Assembly (NCBI GenBank): GCA_964291215.2
Contig: OZ219791.1
Span: 2,944,001-3,008,000 of the forward strand
Length of the DNA stretch: 64,000 bases
Direction of reading: 5' to 3'
Source of the DNA: Alphaproteobacteria bacterium
GTDB lineage: Bacteria > Pseudomonadota > Alphaproteobacteria > MPNO01 > UBA830
Under the pieces are notes generated by a model. It made no database searches, was not told the DNA's origin, and saw only the letters and a program-made list of their open reading frames with translations. Position numbers and translations under genes: made by a program. How positions within the stretch are numbered: position 1 is the stretch's first letter; each line of letters opens with the position of its first letter. Shown piece by piece: positions 20,742 through 30,299 of the stretch.

Positions 20742-23438
20742 ATGACCGCAGAGGCGACGAGTATGGCGCGTTCGCTCTCGGATCGCATGCAGGCCGCACT
20801 GGAACTTCCGAACGGTGCGCGGTTCTACCGTTGCGCCTTGCAGGTCAATCCGTTCGCCTATCTCGATACGCACAACAAGACGACTCCCTTCACGTCGGAA
20901 GACGACTACAACAAGGCGATTATCGAAACCTGCCTTGAAATAGGCATCGAGGTCATCGCAGTCACGGACCACTACCGCGTCAAGTACTCGGCAAGCCTTG
21001 TTCGGGCGGCGCGCAACGCCGGGCTCTGTACGTTCAGCGGTTTCGAAGCCGTCACGAAAGACGGCGTTCATTTCTTGTGCCTCTTCGACCCGGACAAGGA
21101 CGATGTCCTTGAACGCTTCATCGGTGAATGTGGCATTCACGGCACCGACCAGCCGTCGCCAACGGGCAGCAAGGATTCCATCGAACTGCTGGAATGCGCG
21201 AAGGACTGGGGCGCGGTGTGCATTGCCGCCCATGTCGCCTCCGAAGGCGGATTGCTGAAAAAGCTCTCGGGGCAATCACGGATCAATGTCTGGAAGAATT
21301 CCGACCTGCTTGCCTGCGCGCTGCCGGGTCCGATCACCGACGCGCCGGAAGGAATCAGGCCCATCCTTGAAAACAAGGACGCCCAGTACAGGCGCGACCG
21401 CATCCCGGCGATCCTGAATGCTTCGGACGTGAACGATCCGGAAGACCTGAAGAAGGAAGGTGCGTCCTGCTTCATCAAGATGTCCACCGTCTCGGTCGAA
21501 GCGTTCCGTCAGGCGTTTCTGGACCCGGACTCCCGCATCCGCCTGCACAGGGATCTGAAGTCCGAACCTCACGCCGAGTTTCTTGCGATGACCTGGGAAG
21601 GCGGTTTTCTGCGAGACACCGCCGTCCACTTCAATGAAAACTTGAACGTGCTGGTCGGCGGACGCGGCACCGGCAAATCGACGATGGTCGAGAGCATTCG
21701 CTACGCGCTCGGCCTCGACCCTCTCGGGGACGAAGCTCAGAAGGCCCATGACGGCGTTATCCGCCACGTCCTGCAATCGGGGACGAAGGTCTCGTTGCTC
21801 GTGCGATCCCATAAGCCGTCGGAGCGGTGCTACACGATAGAAAGATCGGTGCCCAATCCGCCGGTCGTGAAGGACGAAACCGGCGAAGTTCTCACGCTGT
21901 CGCCGCGTGACGTGATGCCCGGCGTGGAAGTGTTCGGCCAGCATGAAATCTCTGAACTCACAAAAAGTCCGGAGAAGCTGACCCTGTTGCTGGAACGGTT
22001 CGTTGACCGGGACCCGTCACTGTCCGGACAGAAATCGAAGATTCGTCTGGATCTGGAGCGCTCGCGCAGCCGGATCGTGGATGTGCGTCGCGAGATGCGG
22101 CGGCTTGAAGAACGCCTTGCGGCACTGCCCGGTCTCGAAGAAACGCAGAAACGATTCCAACAGGCCGGGCTCGAAGAGCGGCTGAAAGAAAAGAGTCTGC
22201 TCATTCGCGAGGAACGGCTGTTTTCGAATCTGGACGAACGGCTTGACCAGTACCGCGCGCTGCACAATGAACTGACAGAGGGATTGCCGGTCGATACCGC
22301 GTTCGTTTCCAGCAAGGCCCGCGAAGGGTTGCCGAACGCCGGCATCCTCTCCGAAATCGAAAAAAACCTCGGCACCCTAAGCACGAATCTCAAGGCCGTC
22401 GGCGAACAGTTCGCCAAGGCTCTTGGCGAAGCGGACCGCGCGATTGCGGAGACAAAATCGCGCTGGAATGAGTGTAGGACCGTAATCGAGGAGACTTACG
22501 AAAAGCTCTTGCGCGAACTTCAGAAGTCGAAAATCGACGGCGCGGAATTCATCAAGCTCCGCCAGCAGATCGAAGAATTGCGCCCGCTGAAGGACAAGAC
22601 AGACAGTCTCAAGCGCGATCTTGAAGCGCACGAGAAACAGCGCCGCACTCTTCTGGCGGAATGGGAAGACATCAAGGCTGCCGAATACAGGTTAATCGAG
22701 ACCGCCGCGAAGCGAGTGTCGCGCGAGCTCCGCGACCGGGTGCAGGTCAGGGTTGCGATGGCCGGAAACCGCGAGCCGCTCGAACAGCTCCTGCGCGAGG
22801 TCGGCGGCAATCTCGCCGCAGCGCTGGAGCGGCTGCGCGGACAGGACCAGCTCTCCCTGCCGGAACTGGCCCAGCGGTGCCGGGAAGGCAAGGAAGCGCT
22901 CATGAAGCATTACAATCTGTCGTCCGGTGCGGCCGAGCGAATCGCACAGGCAGATCTCGACCTGTTCATGCGCATCGAGGAACTGGAACTGCCCGCGACA
23001 ACCGAAATCGAGCTCAACACGGCTCCCGACGGCGAACCGGCCACATGGCAAACGCTGCAAGCACTCTCGACCGGGCAAAAGGCCACGGCCGTCCTGCTGC
23101 TCCTGCTGCTCGAATCGGAAGCACCGCTTGTCGTCGATCAGCCCGAAGACGATCTCGACAACCGCTTTATCACAGAGGGCGTAGTGCCGATCATGCGGCA
23201 GGAAAAGCGCCGCCGCCAGTTCGTCTTTTCGACGCACAACGCCAATATCCCTGTTCTGGGCGACGCCGAACTCATCCTCGGCCTCGCCGCGTCGGGCGAG
23301 GCCGGGGAAGGCCATGCGCGGATCGCGCCAGAGCATATGGGCTCCATCGACTCGCAGCCCGTGCGGGAACTGGTCGAGGAAATCCTCGAAGGCGGCAAGG
23401 CCGCGTTCGAGATGCGCCGCTCCAAGTACGGGTTCTGA
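20742..23438 (+). CDS. PHP-domain + SMC-like ABC ATPase (TrlF family / Ppl-like defence protein)
   Basis: N-terminal PHP-like motifs VTDH, GVHFLCLF and IAAHV. Walker A GGRGTGKST, long coiled coil, LSTGQK signature, VVDQPEDDLD Walker B, STHN switch. Confidence 0.88.
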   Translation: MTAEATSMARSLSDRMQAALELPNGARFYRCALQVNPFAYLDTHNKTTPFTSEDDYNKAIIETCLEIGIEVIAVTDHYRVKYSASLVRAARNAGLCTFSGFEAVTKDGVHFLCLFDPDKDDVLERFIGECGIHGTDQPSPTGSKDSIELLECAKDWGAVCIAAHVASEGGLLKKLSGQSRINVWKNSDLLACALPGPITDAPEGIRPILENKDAQYRRDRIPAILNASDVNDPEDLKKEGASCFIKMSTVSVEAFRQAFLDPDSRIRLHRDLKSEPHAEFLAMTWEGGFLRDTAVHFNENLNVLVGGRGTGKSTMVESIRYALGLDPLGDEAQKAHDGVIRHVLQSGTKVSLLVRSHKPSERCYTIERSVPNPPVVKDETGEVLTLSPRDVMPGVEVFGQHEISELTKSPEKLTLLLERFVDRDPSLSGQKSKIRLDLERSRSRIVDVRREMRRLEERLAALPGLEETQKRFQQAGLEERLKEKSLLIREERLFSNLDERLDQYRALHNELTEGLPVDTAFVSSKAREGLPNAGILSEIEKNLGTLSTNLKAVGEQFAKALGEADRAIAETKSRWNECRTVIEETYEKLLRELQKSKIDGAEFIKLRQQIEELRPLKDKTDSLKRDLEAHEKQRRTLLAEWEDIKAAEYRLIETAAKRVSRELRDRVQVRVAMAGNREPLEQLLREVGGNLAAALERLRGQDQLSLPELAQRCREGKEALMKHYNLSSGAAERIAQADLDLFMRIEELELPATTEIELNTAPDGEPATWQTLQALSTGQKATAVLLLLLLESEAPLVVDQPEDDLDNRFITEGVVPIMRQEKRRRQFVFSTHNANIPVLGDAELILGLAASGEAGEGHARIAPEHMGSIDSQPVRELVEEILEGGKAAFEMRRSKYGF

Positions 23439-23441
23439 GGC

Positions 23442-24659
23442 ATGACGACGCGCACCGAACTGCTGGAAATCATAGCGAATGGCGAGAATTCCGGGGTGGA
23501 GTTCAAGAGGGACGACCTGCGCACGCAAGACCTTGCGAAGGAACTGGTTGCTTTCTCGAACCTGGAAGGCGGCATGCTATTGCTTGGTGTCGAAGACGAC
23601 GGAACGATCACGGGCCTGACGCGGCAAGACCTTGAAGAATGGGTCATGAGTGTATGCCGCGACAAGATCAGACCGGCAATCGTTCCGTTCTTCGAAGTGG
23701 TGCGTGGTGTCAAGGACAGCAACGATGTTGCCATCGTCCGCGTGACGCGCGGCTACGACGTGCATGCACTCTGGCACAACAACACCAACAGATATTTGAT
23801 GCGGGTCGGCACGCAGAGCCGGGAAGCCAGCCAGGAAGAACTGGCTCGCCTGTTCCAGCAAAGGGGTTCGATACGAGCCGAACTGCGGCCCGTATCGGGC
23901 GCTAACATCGCGAATCTGGACCGGAGACGGCTGCGAAATTATTTCGGCGACATTCGCCAGCAGGACATGCCCGCTGACGATCACGAGGAAGCGTGGCAGT
24001 CACTTCTCGTCAACACCGAGATCATGACCGAGGAGGGTGTAACAGTCGGCGGCATGTTGTTGTTCGGCAAGACGCCGAACAGGTTTCTGCCTCATGCAGG
24101 GATAGACGCCGTCGCATATCCGAGAACGGAACAGGACTATGACGCGCAGGAACGCACGGCGCTGCGCGGCCCCATGACGCCACTATTAAGCGAAGGCAGT
24201 GACATCGTTGAAAACGGCCTTGTTGAACAGGCTTTGGATTTCGCGCAACGCAACACGCGCGTGGTCGTCGAGGCGGACGGCGGAAGACGGGTTGAACGGC
24301 CAGTCTATCCGCCCGATGCGCTTCGCGAGGGCATCGTCAACGCCCTCATTCACCGCGATTACCTGTTCACGAGCACCGATATCGAATTGGCGGTTTACAG
24401 CGACCGGCTGGAGATTGTCTCGCCAGGCCGCCTGCCGAACGGCATAACGCCTGACCACATGCGAGCAGGCACGCGGGCGGCACGAAACCAGATACTGAAA
24501 GACGTGATGCGCGACTATCGGTATCTGGAACATATGGGGATGGGAATTCCCCGGAAGATCGTCAAGGGCATGAGAGAACACAACGGCACCGAACCCGATC
24601 TGGTCGAACTAGATGAGCGCTTCGTTGTTCGGTTGTTCGCGCAAGCGCCGGGGACTTAA
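23442..24659 (+). CDS. Schlafen/AlbA_2-domain + RecG-C (HATPase_c_4) protein
   Basis: GENSGVEFK...KELVAFSNLEGGMLLLGVEDDG; YPPDALREGIVNALIHRDY, DRLEIVSPGRLP and ARNQ. Confidence 0.88.
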   Translation: MTTRTELLEIIANGENSGVEFKRDDLRTQDLAKELVAFSNLEGGMLLLGVEDDGTITGLTRQDLEEWVMSVCRDKIRPAIVPFFEVVRGVKDSNDVAIVRVTRGYDVHALWHNNTNRYLMRVGTQSREASQEELARLFQQRGSIRAELRPVSGANIANLDRRRLRNYFGDIRQQDMPADDHEEAWQSLLVNTEIMTEEGVTVGGMLLFGKTPNRFLPHAGIDAVAYPRTEQDYDAQERTALRGPMTPLLSEGSDIVENGLVEQALDFAQRNTRVVVEADGGRRVERPVYPPDALREGIVNALIHRDYLFTSTDIELAVYSDRLEIVSPGRLPNGITPDHMRAGTRAARNQILKDVMRDYRYLEHMGMGIPRKIVKGMREHNGTEPDLVELDERFVVRLFAQAPGT

Positions 24660-24878
24660 GGGTCCGTTACGGAATAATCGCGTCTATGTCGGGTGTTGGC
24701 AAGAGTGAATCAGGACCATTCTGTTGTCGCGATCGGCGGCGGACAACCGTGTCAGAGTGGCCGTTCTTGAAGTTGGTGGCACCGTCTCAAGGTCGGAACC
24801 GGCATATCGACAACGAAATCCGCTCCCGAATGGACCTCCAGATCTGCCTACAACGCCCCCTCGTCGGACGAAACCGGA

Positions 24879-26066
24879 CCCCCGTTCCATAGTGAAGTGC
24901 AACACATGATGGGCTGTGGCCATGTGTTTTTAGACGCATGATGTTGCGGAGCGGTAGCGGCGAGAGTTCCTGTACAAGATGGAGGGAGCTTGTTCATGTC
25001 CAAAGGCTACCGTCACCTACGAAGAGCGATGCCAGATTGAGGCAGAAAAGCGGTCTTTCACAAGGTGCGATTGCTCGGCAGCTGGGCCGATCAACAATTT
25101 TCCGGGAGATCAAGCGCAACACCGGGGGACGGGGTTACCGTCACAAGCAGGCGCAAAGGATGGCAGAAACGCAGGGCAGCCTCGTCTGTTTCCTGGCGGT
25201 TGACGCCTCGGGTTGAAGCTCAGAAAAAGCTGCGGGAGGGCTCCGAGCAGCGGCCGTTTTCGACTGGAGGGCCGTGAACGGATTCATGATCGCCGAAGAT
25301 CGGAGAGCCGGGGGCGTCTTGTGGAAGAAGCTTCGGCGGCGCGGCAAGAAGCCGAACTGGAAGGGCGGATGCCATTCCGGCCGGGTGGACATTTCCGAGC
25401 GCCCTGCGGAGGCAAAGGAACGGGTCGGCGACTGGGAGCCATCATCGGCAAAGCTCACAGTGGAGCTGTCGCTGGTTGATCGTGCCACGAAATACACCTT
25501 GCTGGGTGGACAGAAAGACACGGTTAGTTCGGTCATGATCCGCCTGCTCGGCTCTGGTGCGCTATTGGTCCACACAATCACGTCAGACAACGGAGTTCGC
25601 AGACCACAGGCGTGTCGCACTTGACGCAGATTTCTTCTTCGCCTTTCCATTCCCGGGAGCGTGGCTTGAATGAGCACACCAACGGCCTGGTGCGGGAGTA
25701 CTTCCCGAAGGGCACGGACTTTCGCGCGACATGCAACGAAGATGTTCAGAAGGTGCAGGATCGGCTCAACACTCGGAAAGTCCTGGGATCGCCGACGGAG
25801 GTAATCTTGAAGTGAAACCGCCCTGACCATCTGCGTTCCGAAGCCGCAACGTGCAGCAGGGTCCATGCCGCGCGACGGCGGAATAGTGGCTTGAAGCCGA
25901 CAAAGGCGTTGCATAAGCTCGATGTTGAAGGAACTGAAGCTGTTCCTAGGCGGAATCGAGAGGGGCAGTGGGGAAAAATTTGCGCAACATCCGGCCCTCA
26001 TCTCCGTTCGGGCTACGCCCTCACTGCGATGAGGGCCGGATGTTGCACTTCAGACTGGAAGTGGGG
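24879..26066 (+). mobile_element. IS30-family element (degenerate transposase about 24997-25815)
   Basis: 26-bp terminal IRs ending in GCAACA (24879-24904 and 26041-26066, 21/26 identical). Fragments SQGAIARQLGRSTIFREIKRN, GDWE, HTITSDNG and ERGLNEHTNGLVREYFPKGTDF. Confidence 0.85.
25984..26046. repeat. Perfect 19-bp stem hairpin next to the IS30 right end
   Basis: GCAACATCCGGCCCTCATC (25984-26002) pairs with GATGAGGGCCGGATGTTGC (26028-26046); 25-nt loop. Confidence 0.8.
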
Positions 26067-26086
26067 ATGTTTGTGAAATCCGATCT

Positions 26087-26113
26087 TTGATTCCAATCCA
26101 TAAAATGTATAAA
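26087..26113 (+). promoter_or_regulatory. Candidate sigma70-type promoter for the AbiE pair (possibly leaderless)
   Basis: TTGATT (26087) and TATAAA (26108) in an AT-rich patch 8 nt before the ATG; spacer only 15 nt; no RBS visible. Confidence 0.3.
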
Positions 26114-26121
26114 TATAAAGC

Positions 26122-26844
26122 ATGGCTTTAGATCGATACGGATTTTTGAAACATGTTCTGACGCGTGCTCGTTCGGGTCAGCCGCTGACGGCGACCTGGC
26201 TAGCCGACCAGGGCGTGTCGGCGCAGTTGGCGTATCATTATGTTCAAGCCGGTTGGCTCACCCGGCTCGGGCATGGCTGGTTCCTGCGCGCCAGCGATGA
26301 GCCGGAATTGCGGCTTTCGCTGGCGGCCCTATCCGGCGCATTTCATGGCGCATTCCATGTCGGGGGTAAGACGGCGCTCGCCTGGCACGGCTATCAACAT
26401 AACCTCGCCCATAGGCCGGATACGGAGCTTTTCACGGAAGGCCAGTTGCGCCTGCCCGGCTGGATGCAGGAACGCTTCTCGCTCACTGTGCGTCGGCGGC
26501 ATCTTTTTGACGACCCTGCCCTCGGCGTCGCCCCTTGGCATGACCTGCCCGCCTTGTGCGTTGCGGAGCCGGAACGCGCCGTTCTGGAAATGCTGTGGGG
26601 CGTACCGCAGCACCAATCCGAGGAAGAGGCCGCCCACCTCGTCGAAAGCCTCTTCGGCCTCCGTCCCCCGCTGATGCAGGCGTTGCTGGAATCCTGCCGA
26701 AGCGTCAAGGCGGTGCGGCTTTTCCTGGCGCTGGCCGGGCGGTCCACCCTGCCCGTCCTGGCTGAACTCGACCTCACCCACGTTCATACAGGATCGACAA
26801 CGCCATACGTGCGGCGCCATGCGTCCGGCACGATAAGGATGTAA
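26122..26844 (+). CDS. abiEi: Type IV toxin-antitoxin antitoxin AbiEi
   Basis: WLADQGVSAQLAYHYVQAGWLTRLGHGWF, HVGGKTALAWHG, PERAVLE and CRSVKAVRLFL. Confidence 0.85.
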   Translation: MALDRYGFLKHVLTRARSGQPLTATWLADQGVSAQLAYHYVQAGWLTRLGHGWFLRASDEPELRLSLAALSGAFHGAFHVGGKTALAWHGYQHNLAHRPDTELFTEGQLRLPGWMQERFSLTVRRRHLFDDPALGVAPWHDLPALCVAEPERAVLEMLWGVPQHQSEEEAAHLVESLFGLRPPLMQALLESCRSVKAVRLFLALAGRSTLPVLAELDLTHVHTGSTTPYVRRHASGTIRM

Positions 26845-26846
26845 GC

Positions 26847-27764
26847 ATGGACCAACGTTATCGGGAGACCGTGCAGCTCCTGCTTGATATCGCACCCCTC
26901 GTCTTTCGGGACAATGACTTCGCCATGAAAGGCGGAACGGCCATCAATTTGTTTCACCGCGACATGCCCCGGCTGTCCGTTGATATTGATGTGGTCCATG
27001 TTCGAGCCGACCAGCCTCGCGAGGAGGCGCTCGGTGCCATTTCCGATGCGCTGAACCGGATCGCAACCGAACTGGAGCGGCGCGGTTTTGTTGTCCGGAA
27101 GCAGGCGACCGCCGGGACGGGCGACATCAAGCTCTTCGTGCGCCGGGGCTTTCCAGAGGTGAAAATCGAGGTCAATCCCGTCGGGCGCGGCACGCTCCTA
27201 CCCGTGCAGACGGCGCAATTGAGTGGGCCGGCGGCGGAAGAATTCAAACGATTGCTGAAGCTGCCTGTTCTAGCGACGGCGGAACTTTACGGCAGCAAAC
27301 TGGTCGCCGCCATGGACCGTCAACACCCGCGCGACTGGTTCGATTGCATGCTGCTGCGACAAAATGAAGGGCTCACCCCCGGAATACGGCAGGCTTTCGT
27401 CGCCTACGTCGCCGGTCACAATCGCCCCATCAACGAAATCCTGACGCCGAACCCGCAGCCATTGGAAGCGGCATACCGCAATGATTTCGTCGGCATGATG
27501 CGGGATGACGTCAGCTTGGAAGCTCTGGAAGAAACCCGCGCCTGGTTGTTCGAGACGCTCCCCCAAAGCCTGACGCAGGCGGAACGAGATTTCCTGCTCA
27601 GCCTGAAGTCGGGCGAGCCGGACTGGCAATTGCTGCCATTTTCCACCCTCAAGGACATGCCCGCCGTGAAATGGAAGCTTCAGAATATCCGTAGGCTGAA
27701 GCAGTCCAACCCACGCAAGCACGCCACGCTTTTGGCGACGTTGGAGGAGAAGTTGAGACGGTGA
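26847..27764 (+). CDS. abiEii: AbiEii/AbiGii nucleotidyltransferase toxin
   Basis: FAMKGGTAINLF...PRLSVDID and KLVAAMDRQHPRDWFD. Confidence 0.92.
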   Translation: MDQRYRETVQLLLDIAPLVFRDNDFAMKGGTAINLFHRDMPRLSVDIDVVHVRADQPREEALGAISDALNRIATELERRGFVVRKQATAGTGDIKLFVRRGFPEVKIEVNPVGRGTLLPVQTAQLSGPAAEEFKRLLKLPVLATAELYGSKLVAAMDRQHPRDWFDCMLLRQNEGLTPGIRQAFVAYVAGHNRPINEILTPNPQPLEAAYRNDFVGMMRDDVSLEALEETRAWLFETLPQSLTQAERDFLLSLKSGEPDWQLLPFSTLKDMPAVKWKLQNIRRLKQSNPRKHATLLATLEEKLRR

Positions 27765-27821
27765 GGATAGAGCGCGCCGAACGCCCCATGCATCACCGCG
27801 GCCTCAATCAGGAAGATAGAC

Positions 27822-28451
27822 ATGCCGAAAACGAAACCCGCCCGAAGCTTCGAAAGCTTCAATGAGATCGCGACTGTTCGTATTGAACTCGAAGATACCG
27901 ACACCCTTGTCTGGCGCGAGATCGAAGCACCGACCTCCATGACGCTGAAGGCACTGCACGAGACCATTCAGCAGCTCATGGCCTGGTTCGACTACCATCT
28001 CTGGGAGTTCTCGGACGAGAATTACCGCTACATCCCGCCCATGGTCGATGACTGGGGCGACAAGCCCCGCCACAACGCCGAGACAGTGCGCCTGCGCGAC
28101 ATATGCGAGTCGAAACAGACCGTGCTCACTTATGTTTACGACTTCGGCGACGACTGGCGCATGCGCATCATTGTCACCGACATCCGCCAGGGCGACCCCG
28201 ATACCGGCTATCCGCGTTATATCGGCGGCGAGTGGGCCGCCCCGCCGGAGGATTGCGGCGGCATTCCGGGCTTTTATGACCTGCTCGACGCCTGGGATGA
28301 CCCCAAGCACCCGAACCACGGCGAGGCTCGCGACTATCTGGAGGATTACGACCCGCGCGTAATCGACGAATTACCGATAAAGTACGGCCTCTCACGTATC
28401 GCGAACCGCCGCAATGCGGCACGGAAGCGACTGAGGACGAGCAGAGAATAA
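27822..28451 (+). CDS. Plasmid pRiA4b ORF-3 family protein
   Basis: VWREIEAP, LHETIQ..MAWFDYHLWEF, YVYDFGDDW and APPEDCGG. Confidence 0.9.
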   Translation: MPKTKPARSFESFNEIATVRIELEDTDTLVWREIEAPTSMTLKALHETIQQLMAWFDYHLWEFSDENYRYIPPMVDDWGDKPRHNAETVRLRDICESKQTVLTYVYDFGDDWRMRIIVTDIRQGDPDTGYPRYIGGEWAAPPEDCGGIPGFYDLLDAWDDPKHPNHGEARDYLEDYDPRVIDELPIKYGLSRIANRRNAARKRLRTSRE

Positions 28452-28543
28452 TCAAAACGGACAATGATGCATCCACATGCCCGCGTTCATTGCGCAAACT
28501 TCTTAGCTTTTCTCTTCTTTTTCTGGCCTTCCGTCTTCTGATT

Positions 28544-28908
28544 GTAACTGCTCACCCCCTGGTTCCGGCTTGATGTCGGGGTAGAGTAACGAACGGGTTT
28601 TCGTGGAGATTTGACACTGCATGCCGTTTCGCTTAGTGGTGGTCATCGAGAACGATGGGGACCGCCAGTGGGCTACTTTGGATCGAAGGCGACGAGCGGG
28701 CTGTGCCAGCTGCTTCCGGGGCTCCAGCCTCCGCATGATCTGTATGTGGAAACGCATCTCGGAGGCGGCGCGCTGATGAAGCGCAAGGCCGGGTGATGGC
28801 GACGGGCGGCGCGCGAGGAGTTCGAAGCGGCCAAGACCGCGGCGCTGCGTGCGGCCGGCAAGGTGCCGAAAGATGTCGATGCCGTGATCCGCGTCTTCGT
28901 CATCCTGC
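28544..28908 (+). mobile_element. IS66-family element copy 2, left portion with methyltransferase fragment
   Basis: GTAACTGCTCACCCC start; near-identical to 1571 onward; truncated at 28908. Confidence 0.85.
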
Positions 28909-30299
28909 GGTACTGTAACTTGATGTCTGGAAATTTGTCTGAGGTTTGCGCTTTGAGGCGTTTCACTGGGGGGCTAGTAGTCTACCGGCATTGTATTGAT
29001 GGTTTTTTGTGGGTAGTATTTCCGTGTCGGCGTTCGTTGGAATCCGGACAGTGCCGATATCCACACGGGCAAGATGCCGAACAGGCAGGCAGCCGCAGCC
29101 CCATGTGCAGGTCCGGACAACGGGCATGCCCGCAGGTCTTCGGCGCAATGACAGGAGCGGCGCATATGGCCAACTCTCGGGGCAGGAAGCTCTACCGCGT
29201 GACCCTTTCGGCGCAGGAGCGCCGGGATCTGAAGGCGATCGTCGACGGCACCGGGGCCGCCTGGCACCGGGCACAGGTCCTGATGCTGAGGGGGCGCTTG
29301 TCGATGCCGACATTGCGCAAGGGCTGGGCATCGGCACGGCGACGGTCGAGCGTTTGCGCAAGCGCTGCGTCCTGGAGGGACGCCGCCCTCGGCCGCAAGG
29401 AGCAGGTGAACCGTCGGCCAAAACGGCTGGGCGGGGCGATGGAGGCGAAGCTGGTCGCCCTGCTCGTCCCCGCCCGAGGGCTGTGGACGCTGCTCGCCGG
29501 CCGTCTGGTGGAGATGGAGATCGTCGAGCGCATTTCAGAATAGACGGTCAGGAAGACGCTAAAAAAAAGAGATCAAGCCGTGGCTGAAGCAGTACTGGTG
29601 CATTCCACCGCACCGGAGCGCACAGTTCGTAGCGGCGATGTAGGACGTGCTTGACATTTATCAGCAGGACTTTGCCAGGGACGAGGTGCTGGTGTGCGAA
29701 ACCAGCCGGCAGCAGACGAAGGAAACCCGCATCCCCCGGTCAGCCGGAGGTGGTCGACTATGAATATGAGCGCAACGGCACGGCCAACCTCTTCATGGCC
29801 TTTGCGCCCAACGAGAACTGGCGCACGGTGAAAGTCACCGACCGCCGCGGGACTGGGCACACTTCATCCGGGAGCTTGCCGACAACCATTTCCCTGACAG
29901 AAAGATCGTGCTGGACAATCTGAACACGCACAGTCCCGCATCACTATATGAAGCCTTCGAGCCCGAGGAGGCGGGTACGAAAGCGGTTCGAGTTTCGCTA
30001 TACGCCGAAGCACGGAAGCTGGCTCAACATGGCCGAAATCGAGATCGGTGCGCTGTCGCGGCAGTGCCTTCGGCGACGCAGTCCCGACCGCGATACCATG
30101 CTGCGGGAGACGGCGGCGTGGGTGGAACGGCGCAATGCGGCCGATGTCACTGTCGACTGGCGCTTCACGACGAAGGATGCCCGGACGAAACTGAAGTCAC
30201 TATATCCGTCAATACAATAATGCCAGACTACTAGCCCCCCAGTGAAACACCTCAAAGCGCAAACCTCAGACAAATTTCCAGACATCAAGTTACAGTACC
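28909..30299. repeat. 69-bp inverted repeat arms (IS256-type right ends) flanking an IS630
   Basis: 28909-28977 is the reverse complement of 30231-30299 with one mismatch; contains AATTTCCAGACATCA as in the IS256 ends at about 4294 and 53176. Confidence 0.9.
28978..30230 (+). mobile_element. IS630-family element copy 1 (degenerate)
   Basis: Flanked by CTAG on both sides. Contains an AAAAAAAAG frameshift site, DYEYERNGTANLF, LDNLNTH and TPKHGSWLNMAEIE. Confidence 0.9.
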
